Shown here: positions 41,911-56,084 of the stretch, in pieces | How positions within the stretch are numbered: position 1 is the stretch's first letter | How the letters are laid out: every line of letters begins with the position of its first letter | Origin: the human T2T-CHM13v2.0 reference genome, Homo sapiens | DNA length: 64,000 bases | Direction: 5' to 3' (one strand) | Assembly (NCBI RefSeq): GCF_009914755.1 | Contig: NC_060931.1 | Notes under the pieces: generated by a model | Databases searched by the model: none | What the model was told of the DNA's origin: nothing | Seen by the model: only the letters and a program-made list of their open reading frames with translations | Made by a program: the position numbers and the translations under genes

Positions 41911-42459
41911 GGAGGAAACTGGAAGCTTGGTTGAGTTTCCAGGATGTGAATGATATAATCCAAATAATGCCAGGGAAAGTTATATCCAGTGTTGGGGTGT
42001 GATGCATGGGATATGTGTCAGTTACAAGGTGTAGGACAGTTTAATACTATAAATCTGAGTAAACATTTAGTGTTGTGGCTTTTAGAACAGAAGTGGGAAG
42101 ACTGGAAATTTTGAAACGATATTTGTGGATGAATATTTGAGTGGGTATGTTGAGGCAGAGGATGCAGGGGAAGATCTGCAAAGATTTCTGGGTAAAAATG
42201 TGAAGTAGCTGATTCATATTCTATTGTTCACTTATGGTTTGTTGTCTACACCATTCTTTGATGGTAATATTCTTTCTGCACCATCTGACCACCCTGGATG
42301 AATACCATTGTAGTAACGAGTGGGTTTAAGAGTCAGATTTCAAATTCAAGATCCACTACTTCCTATGTCATCTCTGTGAAAAACATGTTACCTCTTTTAG
42401 CCTCAATTCTTTTATCAGTAAAATTATCATATCAAATTGAAAATTTTGGTCGGAATTAC

Positions 42460-42625
42460 TCTGCTTCATAGACTCTCAGATATGATTGATTATAAGACAC
42501 CCATTATTTTATGTACAACTAAGGAAAAAAAAACACTGCCAGTTGAACTATAACACCATCAACTGTAAGATATATCCTGATTTCAGAGATGCTAAAATGT
42601 AAAATGTTTGAGTCAATGAGACACA
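42460..42625. mobile_element. MER104-like TcMar relic, apparently inside a MIR
   Basis: taagacacccattattttatgtacaactaagg...tgtaagatatatcctgatttcagagatg; MIR-like sequence on both sides. Confidence 0.55.
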
Positions 42626-43556
42626 ACAAGTGAAATATTTAATGTCACTGTCTTGTAAGCCTTAAAGTACTATACAAACATATTACTTATTATTATTTAT
42701 GCATTGAAATGTATAATAAATGAGCTCGATGGATACACAGAAATGATTGACTTTTGTCCAATTCTGACACATGAGAATGAGGAGCTATCCTTAGAAACTT
42801 GAGAGGGCAGTGACTTTAGGAAACATCACATTAAAGTTTGCCTCATAAAATTGAAAATAGATTCAAAAGATAAACCTATTCCTACTGAGCCATTATATTC
42901 CACAATGAAAATTATGTATGTTTTAGAACATAAATATCTGAGTCCTATTACTTATAAGATCGGGTCATTCTTTTATATCTCTCCCCTAGAGGAAATGGGT
43001 GAGATTCAGAGCGCCAGATTTTGCTATCTTCACCTTGAAAGTTCATCCTGAAATAAATGGTGAAATTAGTTAGCTAGCACTCAATCTTCAGGAGTGCAAA
43101 GTAAAATTCTATGTTATTTTTCATGTCCTGGACTACTGATACATCTTCCTGTGAGAAATATTTCACATCATTTGTTTTGCTAAGGGAAAGGGAAAACAAA
43201 CTTTAGCATAGAACTAGAGAGGGTAAGTGGTAAGTGACTTTAGGGCCATTTAAGAACTTTTACTGGTGGTTAACTTTCATTTAAGGACTTTTCTTAGTCA
43301 AAATGTGGAGAGGAAAATAGCATACACAGAATTTTTAAAAAAAGGAAACAGAATACTCACTAAAGAGTCCCCTGATCCCTTAAATTTATGAGTACACGGC
43401 TACTTCTTAAGTATTGGAGACATACTGATTCCATTGATAGAGTATCCAAATCTAGAATATATTTACTAACAGAGTGTAATAGAATGATACAAAGTGGTTT
43501 TTAATTTTAAAACCTCATGTACATATGCCTCTCACATATGTCAGCCAGGATATTTC

Positions 43557-43861
43557 TTTTATTATTATTATTAATTTTTATTTTTATTTTAAGTTCCAGG
43601 GTATGTGTGTAGGATGTGCAGGTTTGTTACATAGGTAAATGTGTGCCACGGTGGTTTGCTCCACCTATCAACTCATCACCTAGGTGTTAAGCCCAGCACG
43701 AATTAGCTATTTTTCCTAAAGCTCTCCTTCCCCTGACCCGACTGCCCTACAGGCCCCAGTGTGTATTGTTCCCCTCCCCGCGTCCATGTGTTCTCATTGT
43801 TCAGCTCCCACTTATAAGTAAGAACAAGCGGTGTTTGGTTTTCTGCTCCTGCGTTAGTTTG
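43557..43861 (-). mobile_element. 5'-truncated L1PA (L1PA8-like) 3'UTR
   Basis: L1PA 3' end; 17-bp TSD gtcagcc(a/g)ggatatttc at 43540-43556 and 43862-43878. Confidence 0.95.
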
Positions 43862-44458
43862 GTCAGCCGGGATATTTCACTGGGCGTGCACATCACCAAC
43901 AGCTAAAGCGTGTTCTGAAAACCAGTCACCACAAGATTGAGGAATTCTCTAGTTACTTTTCTCTGGCTTTAACTACTACAAAGCTCCCCTTTACAACCTG
44001 GTTCATGTTGGAGGGCATAGAAAACGATCACTTTGAACATCAGACCAAGATACACAGCTCAGTCTCAAACTTTCCCTGGGGTAAAACTATGGCTTGAAGG
44101 TGGGAGCTTAAGAAAGCTTTTTTAAGCCTGGATTTTTTCATCAAAATGTTAATAGCATTAGACGTGAGATGGATAAGTGGAGGAGAATGAAGGTAGACAG
44201 GCTTTGCTATTTTGCTCTGTATTTAAAAAAAAATTCTTTACATTGAGAAATTACTGTTTATACAATTTCTTTAAAAATTAATCATTCCATGATGAGTAAG
44301 TATGGAGAAAATTAGAGAAAAAATATGTGTTGATATAACAATAGTGGATGTGTGTATACTTAATGGAACTTTAAAATGCACAAGAAAAAAACTTACATCA
44401 TTGACAAATTCACAATTACTGATGGTAATTTAATAACCTTTTCATAAAAGCATAAGTA

Positions 44459-44888
44459 TGTGACCATTACTACAGGACTGAGTGAAGGGGGACAAATGCA
44501 GAAATGAAAACAAAGGAAAAAGGATTTGTTTTAAAAAAAAAAGGGGGTTGGGGGCTCCTTGTTTCTAGTGAGCAAAGGCAGCCCTGAGCTTCTACAGCCC
44601 TTTGTATTTATTGGGTAGAAAGAGCAGGGAGGAGGAGGTAAGGATTGGTCAGCTGCTTGATTGATCACAGGTTCACATGATTGCTAACAAGCTTCAATTG
44701 TGCCTGTAGATAATCACAAGAAACACTGCCCCTGGGGGTTGACTGCCCTCAGCATTCCTTCTGGGTGGCAGAGGCAGTTTGTCAGTTTGCCAACAACCTG
44801 CGTTCATGAGAACAGTTTGCTGTTTGCTCATATAGCCTCCGGTGGTATACTGAGTCGGTCACGACCCTCACTCTTTCGGCCTCCAACA
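44459..44888 (-). mobile_element. Solo LTR3-type (LTR3A-like) HERV-K(HML-6) LTR, 430 bp
   Basis: Minus strand TGTTGGAGGCCGAAAGAGTGAGGGTCGTGACC...GGTCACA with TG...CA termini; perfect 6-bp TSD taagta at 44453-44458 and 44889-44894. Confidence 0.88.
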
Positions 44889-44995
44889 TAAGTAGACAAA
44901 AAAATTAGGAAAGATATAAAAGATTTGAATGATACTATCAACCAACTTAACCTAATTGACATTTAAAGAACACTACACTCAACAATTGAAGAATA

Positions 44996-45464
44996 CAATT
45001 GACCCTTGAACAACAGGGGTTTGAACTACTTGGTCCACTTATACACGGATTTTTTTCAAGAAGAGTTACACTGAGTGTGCCTGCCTCTTCTGTCTCCCCT
45101 TTCACCTCTGAAACAGCAATCCCTCCTCTTCTTCTTCCTCCTCAGCTTACTCAACATGAAGTCAATGAGGATAAAGACCTTTACAATGATCCACTTCCAC
45201 TTAATGAATAGTAAATACATTTTCTCTTCTTTATGATTGTCTTAATAGCATTTTCTTTCCGCTAGCATGCTTTATTGTAAGAATACAGTGTATAATACAC
45301 ATAACATACAAAATACGTGTAAGCTGACTATTTTATTGATAAGGCTTCTGGTCAACAGTTGACTATTAGTAGTTAAGTTTTTGGAAAGTCAAAAGTTATA
45401 CACAGATTTTCAACTGTGTGAGGGATCTATGTCCCTAACCTCTGAATTATTCAAAGGTCAACTG
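44996..45464 (+). mobile_element. Tigger2a (MER28) non-autonomous TcMar element, complete
   Basis: TIRs CAATTGACCCTTGAACAA ... TTATTCAAAGGTCAACTG, TA on the left flank; internal sequence matches recalled Tigger2a. Confidence 0.88.
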
Positions 45465-46357
45465 TGCATATTACTTTCAAGTGTACATGGAATGTGTAAC
45501 AAGGTAGACTATATGCTGGACTATGAAACAAGTCTGAATACATTAAAAGACTGACATCATACAAGATATGTTCTTTAACCACAACAGAATCAAATTAGAA
45601 CAGAAAAACAACCAGATATCTGAAAAATCTTTAAATATTTCGGAGTTAGGTAACATACTCCAAATAATCAATGGGTCAAGGAAGAAATGCAAGGGAAATT
45701 AGAAAACATTTTGTATGAAATTGAAAACATATCAAATTTTGTGAGACGTGCAAAAAGCAGTCCTTAGAAAGTTTTTATCTCTAAATGTTTATATTGGAAA
45801 AGAAAGAAGGTTAATATCAATGATCTAAATTTCCATTTATTGAAGTTTCAAAAGAAAAGTAAAATCCAAAATAAGCAGAAAATGTGAAATAATAAAGATG
45901 ATAATAATAGAATTTTTAATTAAATGGAAAATGAATAAACAATAGAAAATCTGTGAAACCAAAAGTTGGTTCTTTGAAAGGATCAAAACCCGATACATTT
46001 CTAAATAGACTCATAAAGAAAAAAAAAAGAAAACACAAATTATCAGTATCAAGAATGAAATAGAGACATGGCTACAGATCCTATAGACATTAAAAGGATC
46101 ATAAGGAAATAGCATGAACATGTCAGTAAATTGGATAATTTAAATAAGTCCTTTAAAGACACAGAATACCAAAACTGACACAGGATAAAATTAATGCCGA
46201 TACATTCAATCACTCGAGAGATACAAATACTGTACTCAATATAATACCTTTACTTATTCCTCAGAACTCAGCTTAAATATCCCCTCAAGAGGTCTTATTA
46301 CTCCCACAATTTTAATAAAAATATTGAATGCATAAAACATTTATAAACATGTTCATG

Positions 46358-46817
46358 TTTATGTTAGTCTGCTCAGGCTACCATCACAAATACCACAGAC
46401 TAGATGGCTTAAACAACAGACATTTATTTTTCTCAGTTCCGGAGGATAAAGGTCCATGATCAAGATTCCTGCAAATTCTATTTCTGGCAAGCACTTTCTC
46501 TCTGGCTTGTAGACAGCCAACTTCTCATTGTGTACTAACTTGGCTTTTCCTCTGTGCCTGTGCAGAGAGAGAAAGACAGAGGCAGAGAGAGAGAGAGAGA
46601 GAGAAGAGAGAGAAAGAGAGAGAGAGAGAAAAAAACACATGTTCTGATGTCCCCTCATCTTCTTATAAGGACACCAGTTCTACAGGATTAGGGCCCCATG
46701 CTTATGACTTCATTTAACCTTAATTACCTCCATAAAGGTCTTATCTCCAAATAGAGTGACACTGGGATTGGGGCTTCAACATACGAATTTTGTGAGGACA
46801 CAATTCTGTTTATAACA
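46358..46817 (-). mobile_element. MLT1A0-like MaLR LTR containing a (GA)n tract
   Basis: ttagtctgctcaggctaccat...ggcttaaacaacagacatttattt...tcttataaggacaccagt...ggcttcaacatacgaattt. Confidence 0.88.
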
Positions 46818-46819
46818 AT

Positions 46820-48030
46820 AGGATATAAAGAAAAATAATATAATGAGCACCTGGAAACCACCACCAAGTTTAAGGAGGAAAGCATTACCTACCTTAACTT
46901 GAAAAACCTGCCCCTACCCTTTCAGAATCTCTTCCCTTTGTATCCCCACTCAGAGCTAGCCATTATCTTGAATTTTGAATTTATCATTGTCTTCCTTCTA
47001 TGTACAATACTACCACGTTTGTGCACCTAAATAATAAGATACTATAATAAATTTTATGCAAATGGAACCATACTGTAATTTTTCCGAGACATTTCTATTG
47101 TTCAACATTATGCTCCTGAGATGCATCATTTTGTTATGTGAAACTCTAGTTAACTCATATATTTTTATTCTGTGTAACAATTTACTATTGATGGACATTT
47201 GGATTGCTTCCAGTTTCTTGTTAAAAATAGTGTTGCCATAAATATTTTTGTAAATGTCTTCTGGTGGACAAATGCAAGAATTTCTCTAGATCAAAGGTTG
47301 GCAACCTTTTTCTGTTACTGGCCAAATAGTAAATATTTTTGGCTTGAGAGCCATATGGTCTGTGTTGCAACTACTTGACTCTGCCTGTATACTGTGAAAG
47401 CAGCCGTAGACACTACATAAACAAATGGACATGTATATATTGCAATATAACAAGACTTGGGCTAGATTGAGCCCTCAGGGCACAGCTCATTGGCCCTCAG
47501 TCCAGATTATAAACCTAGGAGTAAAATGCTGAGTCATGTTTAGTGTATATCTACTTTCTACTTGAATAAATCATGCCAAGGGGTTTTCCAAAGTTGTATC
47601 AATTTATACTCCCATCTGCTTTTTAGAAGAGTTCTAGGTACCCTACATCCTTGCAAGACTTGACAATGTTAACATTTTTCCTTTTTGCTAATCTAAAGAT
47701 GTGAAATGGCATCTGTGATTTAAAATACATTTCCTTGATTACTAATGATATTAAGTATCTTTTTGTAAGTTTTCTCTTTTGTGAATTATTTGTTGAAATG
47801 ATATCCCCATTTTCTAGTGGGCTGTTTTTCTCACTGTCATTAATTTGAAAAAGTTATTTATATATTACAGATTTTAATTCTCTTCCAGTTGTAGTTCTGA
47901 AAATATATTTTCCCATTTTGTGGCTTGTCATTTTACTTTCTTATTGGTGAAGTTTGAGAAATGGAAGGTCACAATTTTGATATAGAATTTATCACTCATA
48001 ACGATTGTTTTTTCTTCTTTGTGTTTAAAC
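46820..48030 (-). mobile_element. Old L1M(E)-type 3' fragment
   Basis: ttgatggacatttggattgcttccagttt...caagaatttctcta...caatttatactcccat...catttccttgattactaatga. Confidence 0.7.
47291..47502. mobile_element. MER58A hAT relic inserted in L1
   Basis: caaaggttggcaacctttttctg...ggccaaatagtaaatattt...gttgcaactact...aaagcagccgtagaca. Confidence 0.8.
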
Positions 48031-48525
48031 TGCCTAGTCTGATAATTAATGGAGACACCTCAGTTTTCTTTTGTTTATAATTTGCATAGGTTATGTTTGT
48101 CTGTGTTTTTATTTTCAAACTTATGTTTCTTATACATAACACAGAGCTGGAATTTGATCTTTTTAGCTAATCTGAAAATATTGTCTACTTTCCTGGATCA
48201 TTTAGTCTGTTTTGCAGTAATTACAGTTATTTACATATATGGATATATTTCTATCATCGAATTTTATGCCTAATTTGATATCCTACCTTTTGGAGAAGAA
48301 ATATTTAAGCTGAGACCCCAAGAACAGTAAGGAATTAGTCAGGCAAAGCTGAGGAGACAGCGTTCCAGGAAGAGGGCGTAGTGTTTACAAAGCTCTTGCA
48401 GAAAAGGTCTTGCACATTTTAGTAATTGAGCGGAAGCCTATTCAACTGGAGATTAGTGAGCAAGAGGGAGAGCTACAAGGGAAGAGTTTTCAAAACTAGT
48501 CAGGGAAAGTTTTTGAGTAGTGAAC

Positions 48526-48880
48526 TGTTGTGGACTGAATTGTGTCCCCCGCAAAATTCATGCCAAAGCCCTAATCCCTGGTATCTCAGAATACGCCTGT
48601 TTGGAGATAGTGCCTTTAAAGAGTTCATTAAAATAAAATGCAATAATGACTGGGCCTTAATCCAATATGACTGGTATCCTTATAAGAAAAGGAAATGAGG
48701 GTGCAGACACAGAAGGGAAGACTATATGGAGACACAGAAGACGGCCACATGCAGGCTCTGAGAAGAAACTAAACCTGCCCACATTTTGATCTTGGATTTC
48801 CAGCCTTCAGAACTATGAAAAATAAATGTCTCTACCTAGCCTGTGGTACTTTGTTATGGCAATCCTAGCAAACTAATACA
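48526..48880 (+). mobile_element. MLT1B-like MaLR LTR
   Basis: tgttgtggactgaattgtgtcccc...aatccaatatgactgg...ttgttatggcaatcctagcaaactaataca. Confidence 0.88.
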
Positions 48881-49377
48881 GAGATGTGACAAATTGTGAT
48901 TTACTTTTTAAAATTTAACTTTTATTACCTTCAGGTAATCATACCAAGATTCAAATGTGTGTCAAGTAAACTTTCCAGGAGCTACACCATGTGGAGAAGT
49001 CACTGGCAGACAGTCCAAAGTGGCTTTTTAATTCTCAAATAGTAGAGGAGTACCAGATGAGAACATTTCCCTTTGCCCTTAATCATGGATGAGCTTGGTA
49101 GGAAAAATACACCTCTATGGCATTTAACCTCCTATGCTCTGGACTATCGGTTTAAAGTACATTTCACGAAGCAACAGTAGTTAGTAAAGTTACAGGACCA
49201 AGTGTTAGGTAGCTAAGTTCTAGTTGATATCTGCGGGCTGGCTTCTGTCTACAGTATTGACTTGCTCTCATATTTAAAAAGGCATCTGTGCATCACATTC
49301 TCTCTTTTGGAGGAATGGGGCTGGGTGGCCTCAAAGATTTCCTTTAAATTTAATTTTAGAGGATTCTCCTGCTTCTT

Positions 49378-50034
<657 letters not shown>

Positions 50035-52897
50035 TAAGGCTAAAAGGATTTTTGAAATTGCAAATATAAGAAATATTAACCTTCAGATACTTATACATAG
50101 TTATAGACAAATGCTATTGTCCCGGTTAGCTGTTGCAAAACTAAGATTTCTTGACATCCAATTCACTGTGTTGAACTGTTAAAATAGTCCTTCTCTTTGA
50201 TGTAGTTTCAGCCTGCTGTTCACTGAGACATAATTGTGCCCATAGAGGAAGGCGCATTGGAAGTACTCATAGCAGGATATACTTAAAGGAACTCAAGTTG
50301 AATGCAATTACATTATTCAAACTGAAAATCCAGTGAGAAATTGGTTTCAGGGTTCTTTAACAAGTTGGATGTCTCATTTGGAGGAAAATGTTAATGATTT
50401 GCCATGTGTCATGAACTGTGCCTTTAATATCAATAATTGAGTAAAGTAGCAAGACAAGTCTTGGATCAGAATTTTTCAGAATAGCATCAGCAACTTCAAA
50501 CACAATGTTAATCATTTGCTCTGGTTGAAACACAAGAAATAATAAAATATCAAAGGTTTTATTTTGATATATGGGTTCCCTCTAGGTACTGAGAAAGCAG
50601 TAGATATTCAGGGTTCAGAAGCAGAGAGTCAAGGGATAAAGTTAAGAACGGGTAAACAGCATGAGTTTTGGAGAGTTCAGAAGAGTGTAATATATCCAAA
50701 AGCTAAAGATTTACATATCTCCAAAAAGATCCTGGTCATAACAAGAACCAAAAACAAAAGCTAACCAGCAATAAACTTAACAAAAGTTGTGAGGAAGTTA
50801 AAACAAGAAAATTACAACATTTAAAGGAAACTTAAAAAAAAAAAGAAAAGTGAATTATGTGTGGATCTTAGTGACTGAAAATGTAATAAAGGTGTCAATT
50901 ATTTGAAAATTAATGTGATTCTAACAGAAATATTAGTGACAGGATTCTGATGATTTCTATTCCCTTGGTTGTGCTTTTCAGGAGATAATACATTTTTTAA
51001 AGTGAGCCTGAAAAGGGGATTAGAATTCTAATATGTTTATTTTAAGTGCTGAAATACCTTTATATGCTGAATAGCAGGATACACCTTGCGATCTGGGAGT
51101 CCATTGTCTTTGTTGGAGATTCCAGGGCCACTGTGATACACACTTCTGGAGCTCCATTCTTACAGTTTTTGCAACTAACGCTCTCTGGAGTTGGACAGTG
51201 CACAACTTAAGCAGGGTGCTAGTCGGGGTGACTCTGCAGATTGAGAAATTTTTGTTCTTTTTTTTTGTTTCCCAACTCCAAGGGAAGTCTCCTGTTCTTT
51301 CTCAAAAAACATATTTGTTTTGAATAACTAATGCCTTACCTGAGAGGTCACAACATATTAAAACTTACCCGAGAAGTCAAATAATCAAGATGTAGAAAAT
51401 TCACCAGACCAAAAACAGTGTTGCCTTAAAGTTCTGAAGGTATTTCAAAGCTCTCCACTGCATTAAAGCAAAAACAGCGCAAGAAGTCAGGACGTTTCTG
51501 AACCCTAGCCAAAACTCTGTCTAAAGGGGAATTTGAGGTTGGTGTTATTGGAAAATCAGTCATTAGCTGCCCATCACTCAGCTGACTAGGAGTAACAATG
51601 ATGCCAATATTGATTACAGATTGTGCTATCCAAAGGACAGATTTCGGTTTTAAGAAACTCACCAAACCATTAGCTTTTGTGAATGAATACTCCTTTACAA
51701 GAATATCCAAATAGGTAATAAAGTACAAAATATGTAACATAAGATGTGTCTAAATCTTTAGTATTGAAACATGTAAAGTGCAAAATATGTAATATTAAAT
51801 ATCTAAATATATAATTAATATGTAATAAAGTACAAAATTTTAGTTTTTATCTTATTAAGTTCTAAACAATGTTTCATAATTCTTTCAAATAGCAACATTG
51901 CAACTCCTATCCACATTAAGCATACCACATAGAGTTCAATGGAGGACGGGCATGTTTTCTTTGATAGAATCAGAGTTTTAACTTAGTGAACACATTATTT
52001 CCTTGATTCTGCTGGAGGAACAGAAATGGTTAGGAAGCATGTATTATCCAGAAGTATGTTTCAGTAATGTCATCATTAGAAAAATGAAAGCCTGAGTAAA
52101 TGTTGTACATTAAAGGAAAAAAGAGATTTAAATCTCCCATGTCAAACTTTCCTATTGAACATTTAGATTTTTAAAAAGATAAAATTATTTTTAAGAATAA
52201 GATGTTTTGGCTGATTAATTTACTAACAAAAATGATCAATTTTCAAATTATTTAAAAATCTGTATCACAAAAATATGAGTGTATAGTTAAAAAGTCAATA
52301 GTAATGAGAAATAGCTCTTCCTTCCTGTCCTGCTCCCCAGAAGCAACAGATTTCAAACTCTTAGATTTTTCTCCTGCTATATCGCTTGCATTTTCTCTTA
52401 CCATCCTAGAATAGTTACAAACCCTGATTTCTGGTTTAGCCAAACACAGGGTTTTATTATAATGACTGCATCGGTTAGGTTCCTCAGAAAAGCACCCACT
52501 TGGAGTATCTATGCACCCTGCCCCATGGAACAGCCACAGAGTCTTCTCGTTAGGTGGTCTATTCCAAGTAAGCAACTTTTCAGATCATCTAGTTAATGAG
52601 TTAGGGTAGCACATATCTAATACCTAAAGATGCCCATCAAGTATTTTGGCTCTTTTTATGAATAGGGGATGAAAGTGGCAGCAGTTTGTTCTTTACTTTG
52701 AAGGAAACATCTTGACATACCCCAGAATATTGAACACTCAAAAACTTCCGGTCACCTCTAAGATCATGTACTTCCTGAGATTTACCCACATGTGCCAGCA
52801 TGCCTGTGTGTCACTGAGTCATCTAGGGTTCCTGATCCTTTCACCAACCCAAATCTTTTCAAAAAGATGTCATTAAGATAGTGGACCAGTCTGATGT

Positions 52898-53189
52898 CTT
52901 TGTGTGTGTGTGTATGCGTGTGTGAGAGAGAAAGAGAGAGGGTCTCGCTCCGTCACCCAGGCTGGAGTGCAGTGGTACAATCATGCCTCACTGCATCCTC
53001 AACCCCCAAGGCTCAAGTGATCCTCCCAACTCAGCCTCCCAAGTAGTGGGACTACAAGCATGTGCTGCCACACCCAGTTAATTTTATTTATTTATTTATT
53101 TAATTTATTAATTTATTTATTTATTGTAGAGATGGGGCTCTTGCTATGTTGCCTAGGCTGGTCTCAAACTCCTGGGCTCAAGCAATCCT
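52898..53189 (-). mobile_element. 5'-truncated AluJ with tail converted to (TG)n(AG)n
   Basis: TSD cagtctgatgt at 52887-52897 and 53190-53200. Confidence 0.93.
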
Positions 53190-54050
53190 CAGTCTGATGT
53201 GTTGTCTTGCAGGATTAAACTTGTATTTCTCTATTAATGTGAAGCATGAAATAGCACCTATATACTGTGTAGGATGATACGTGTAATATGTTTTTACTTC
53301 TTCTAAGTCTGTTGTTTTTGTTAAAATAACCAAAACTTTAAAATCCATATTATGCTTATTTCTTATCTCGTAAGTAATTACTTTTGTCATCTATATTAAC
53401 AAGCTGCAATACCAGATGTCAACTGGGTTATCATTGTCCTTTAAGATTTTGTCAGAATCTCCTCTAATCTATAGAAACTCTACAGTTTTACCAAGATTTT
53501 AAAAAATCTTCAGCAGTGTGCATTCATCCAAATACCCATGGTTGAGTTATGTCTTCTGCTGAATTTTCAAAATTCATTTTACATTTCTGTCCCAGTGTTT
53601 CCCAAACATACAAAAGACTGCTTCTCCTTAATTCACCCAGCCTTCAAAGTGCCACTCACTGAGGGAGGAGTAGGTGTCATGTTTCCCGAAGTCTTGGGAG
53701 TGTAAAACTGAAAGGTGGTGGTGGGGAGGTGGGAGGTAGTGTTGGGTCCATTTCAGTGTCATAGTGGAGAACTGAAAGCATGCGCTTAAATACATGTTCT
53801 TGTGATGCTTCAGTTCTACCAGCTCAGCTCCAACTTCTCAATGAGGTGCTCAGCCTTTCTTCTTCCCTTCCCTTCCCTCCTACTGCTCTGCTCCAGTCTT
53901 CATACTTAAATTTCTACTCACTGATAAATAACAATTGCTAATCATCATCAAGTACTAGCTATGTGTTCACTTAGGGTTTTCACAACCTATGAGGTAGGTA
54001 CTATTGACCCCATTTCACAAGTGAGAAAACAGAAGTAGAGAAACTGAGTA

Positions 54051-54702
<652 letters not shown>

Positions 54703-55719
54703 TTATAATTGTCTTTACTTTCCATCTGAAACCGCTTATCAAAGCATTGTTCTAAACAAAAGTAGTTTCTACTTTAGGAGGACGTCTGGTGCTTGTTGGT
54801 AAAATATGACTGTTTAAATCATGCACCATGTCTATTTAGACAGCTCCCATATTTAAGAGGTTCCATTGATCTCTACTTCTTCTTTCGCAGCTCTTGGTGC
54901 CAATGCTTGAATTTCCTATCTTGGTTACTTTCAGTGAGTTGTAGAACATTTCTTTGGGTCATTTTTTTTTTTATCACGAATATAGTAATGAAATATATCC
55001 AGACACTTTACATGTCTGAGAATATCTCTCTGTTGTTCCCAGAGAAAAACACCATATTGACTGAATGCAGAGATGCTGCAGGCATTACTCTAATATCTTT
55101 TTTCATTTTGAATAAAAATCTGATGCCAATCTGAATTTAAAATACTTCCAAATATCTCAAAATTACTAATAAAGAGATGGAAAAATGAGAAAGAAATCAT
55201 GTATGAAAAATTAAGGAAAGAAGTTACAAGTATCCTTGAGAAGAAAAGAAAGCAAATTGATAAGAATCAAAATGTATTAGGCTTATAAAAAAATTTAGAT
55301 ATAAAACTGACCTAAGATAAAAGATTAAGCACATAACCATATGCTTGGAAAAATTAGCTGGGGAGGAAAAGGAAACATCCAGCTTAGAGCCCATCATCTA
55401 CCCAACTGTGGGAAAAGACCTAGAAGCCACACGCTATTTTTATTTTCAATTACTTGATGAACTTCCCAAGAGAATGGTGGCAGACTGAAGAGCTGGAGAA
55501 AAAGGAAACAGAAAGGCCACAATCGGTTTTATAGATACTGGATATAATCTCCTCAGCAAAGAAAACAACACATTAAAGAAAAGGCTAAAATGCAGTAGAT
55601 CAAAAATTCCACCTAGGGGGATTTGAGCTGTGGCTGTTTTAAGTCCCAATTCTTTCCCCATATAGCCACAAACAGGTAAGTGATTAAACTCAAACACCAA
55701 TATCCAGCCCCCATACTAC

Positions 55720-56032
55720 TTTTTTTTTTTTTTTTTTTGAGATGGAGACTCACTGTGTCACCCAGCCTGTAGTGCAATGCTGCAATCTTGGCTCACTGCA
55801 ACCTCTGCATCCTGGGTTCAAGAGATTCTCCTGTCTCGGCCTCCTGAGAAGCTGGGATTATAGGCGCCCACCACCATGCCCAGCTAATTTTTTTTTTTTT
55901 GTATTTTTAGAGTAGAGATGGGGTATTTCACCATGTTGGTCAGTTTGGTCTCGAACTCCAGACCTCAGGTAATCCGCCCATCTCAGCCTCCCAAAGTGCT
56001 GGGATTACATGCATGAGCCACCGCACCTGGCC
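55720..56032 (-). mobile_element. AluS
   Basis: Full dimer with T tail. Confidence 0.96.
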
Positions 56033-56084
56033 CACACCACTCATTTTTAAAGGAAAAGATTCAATCGGTTTACAAGCAATGCAG

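Larger units (their letters stand above)
44260..46190 (+). mobile_element. Old L1M ORF2 (endonuclease-proximal) fragment split by an LTR and a Tigger
   Basis: L1 sequence continues across both insertions (gacaaaaaaattaggaaagatata...acctaattgacattt...; atgggtcaaggaagaaat...; aaaagttggttctttgaaagga). Confidence 0.85.
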
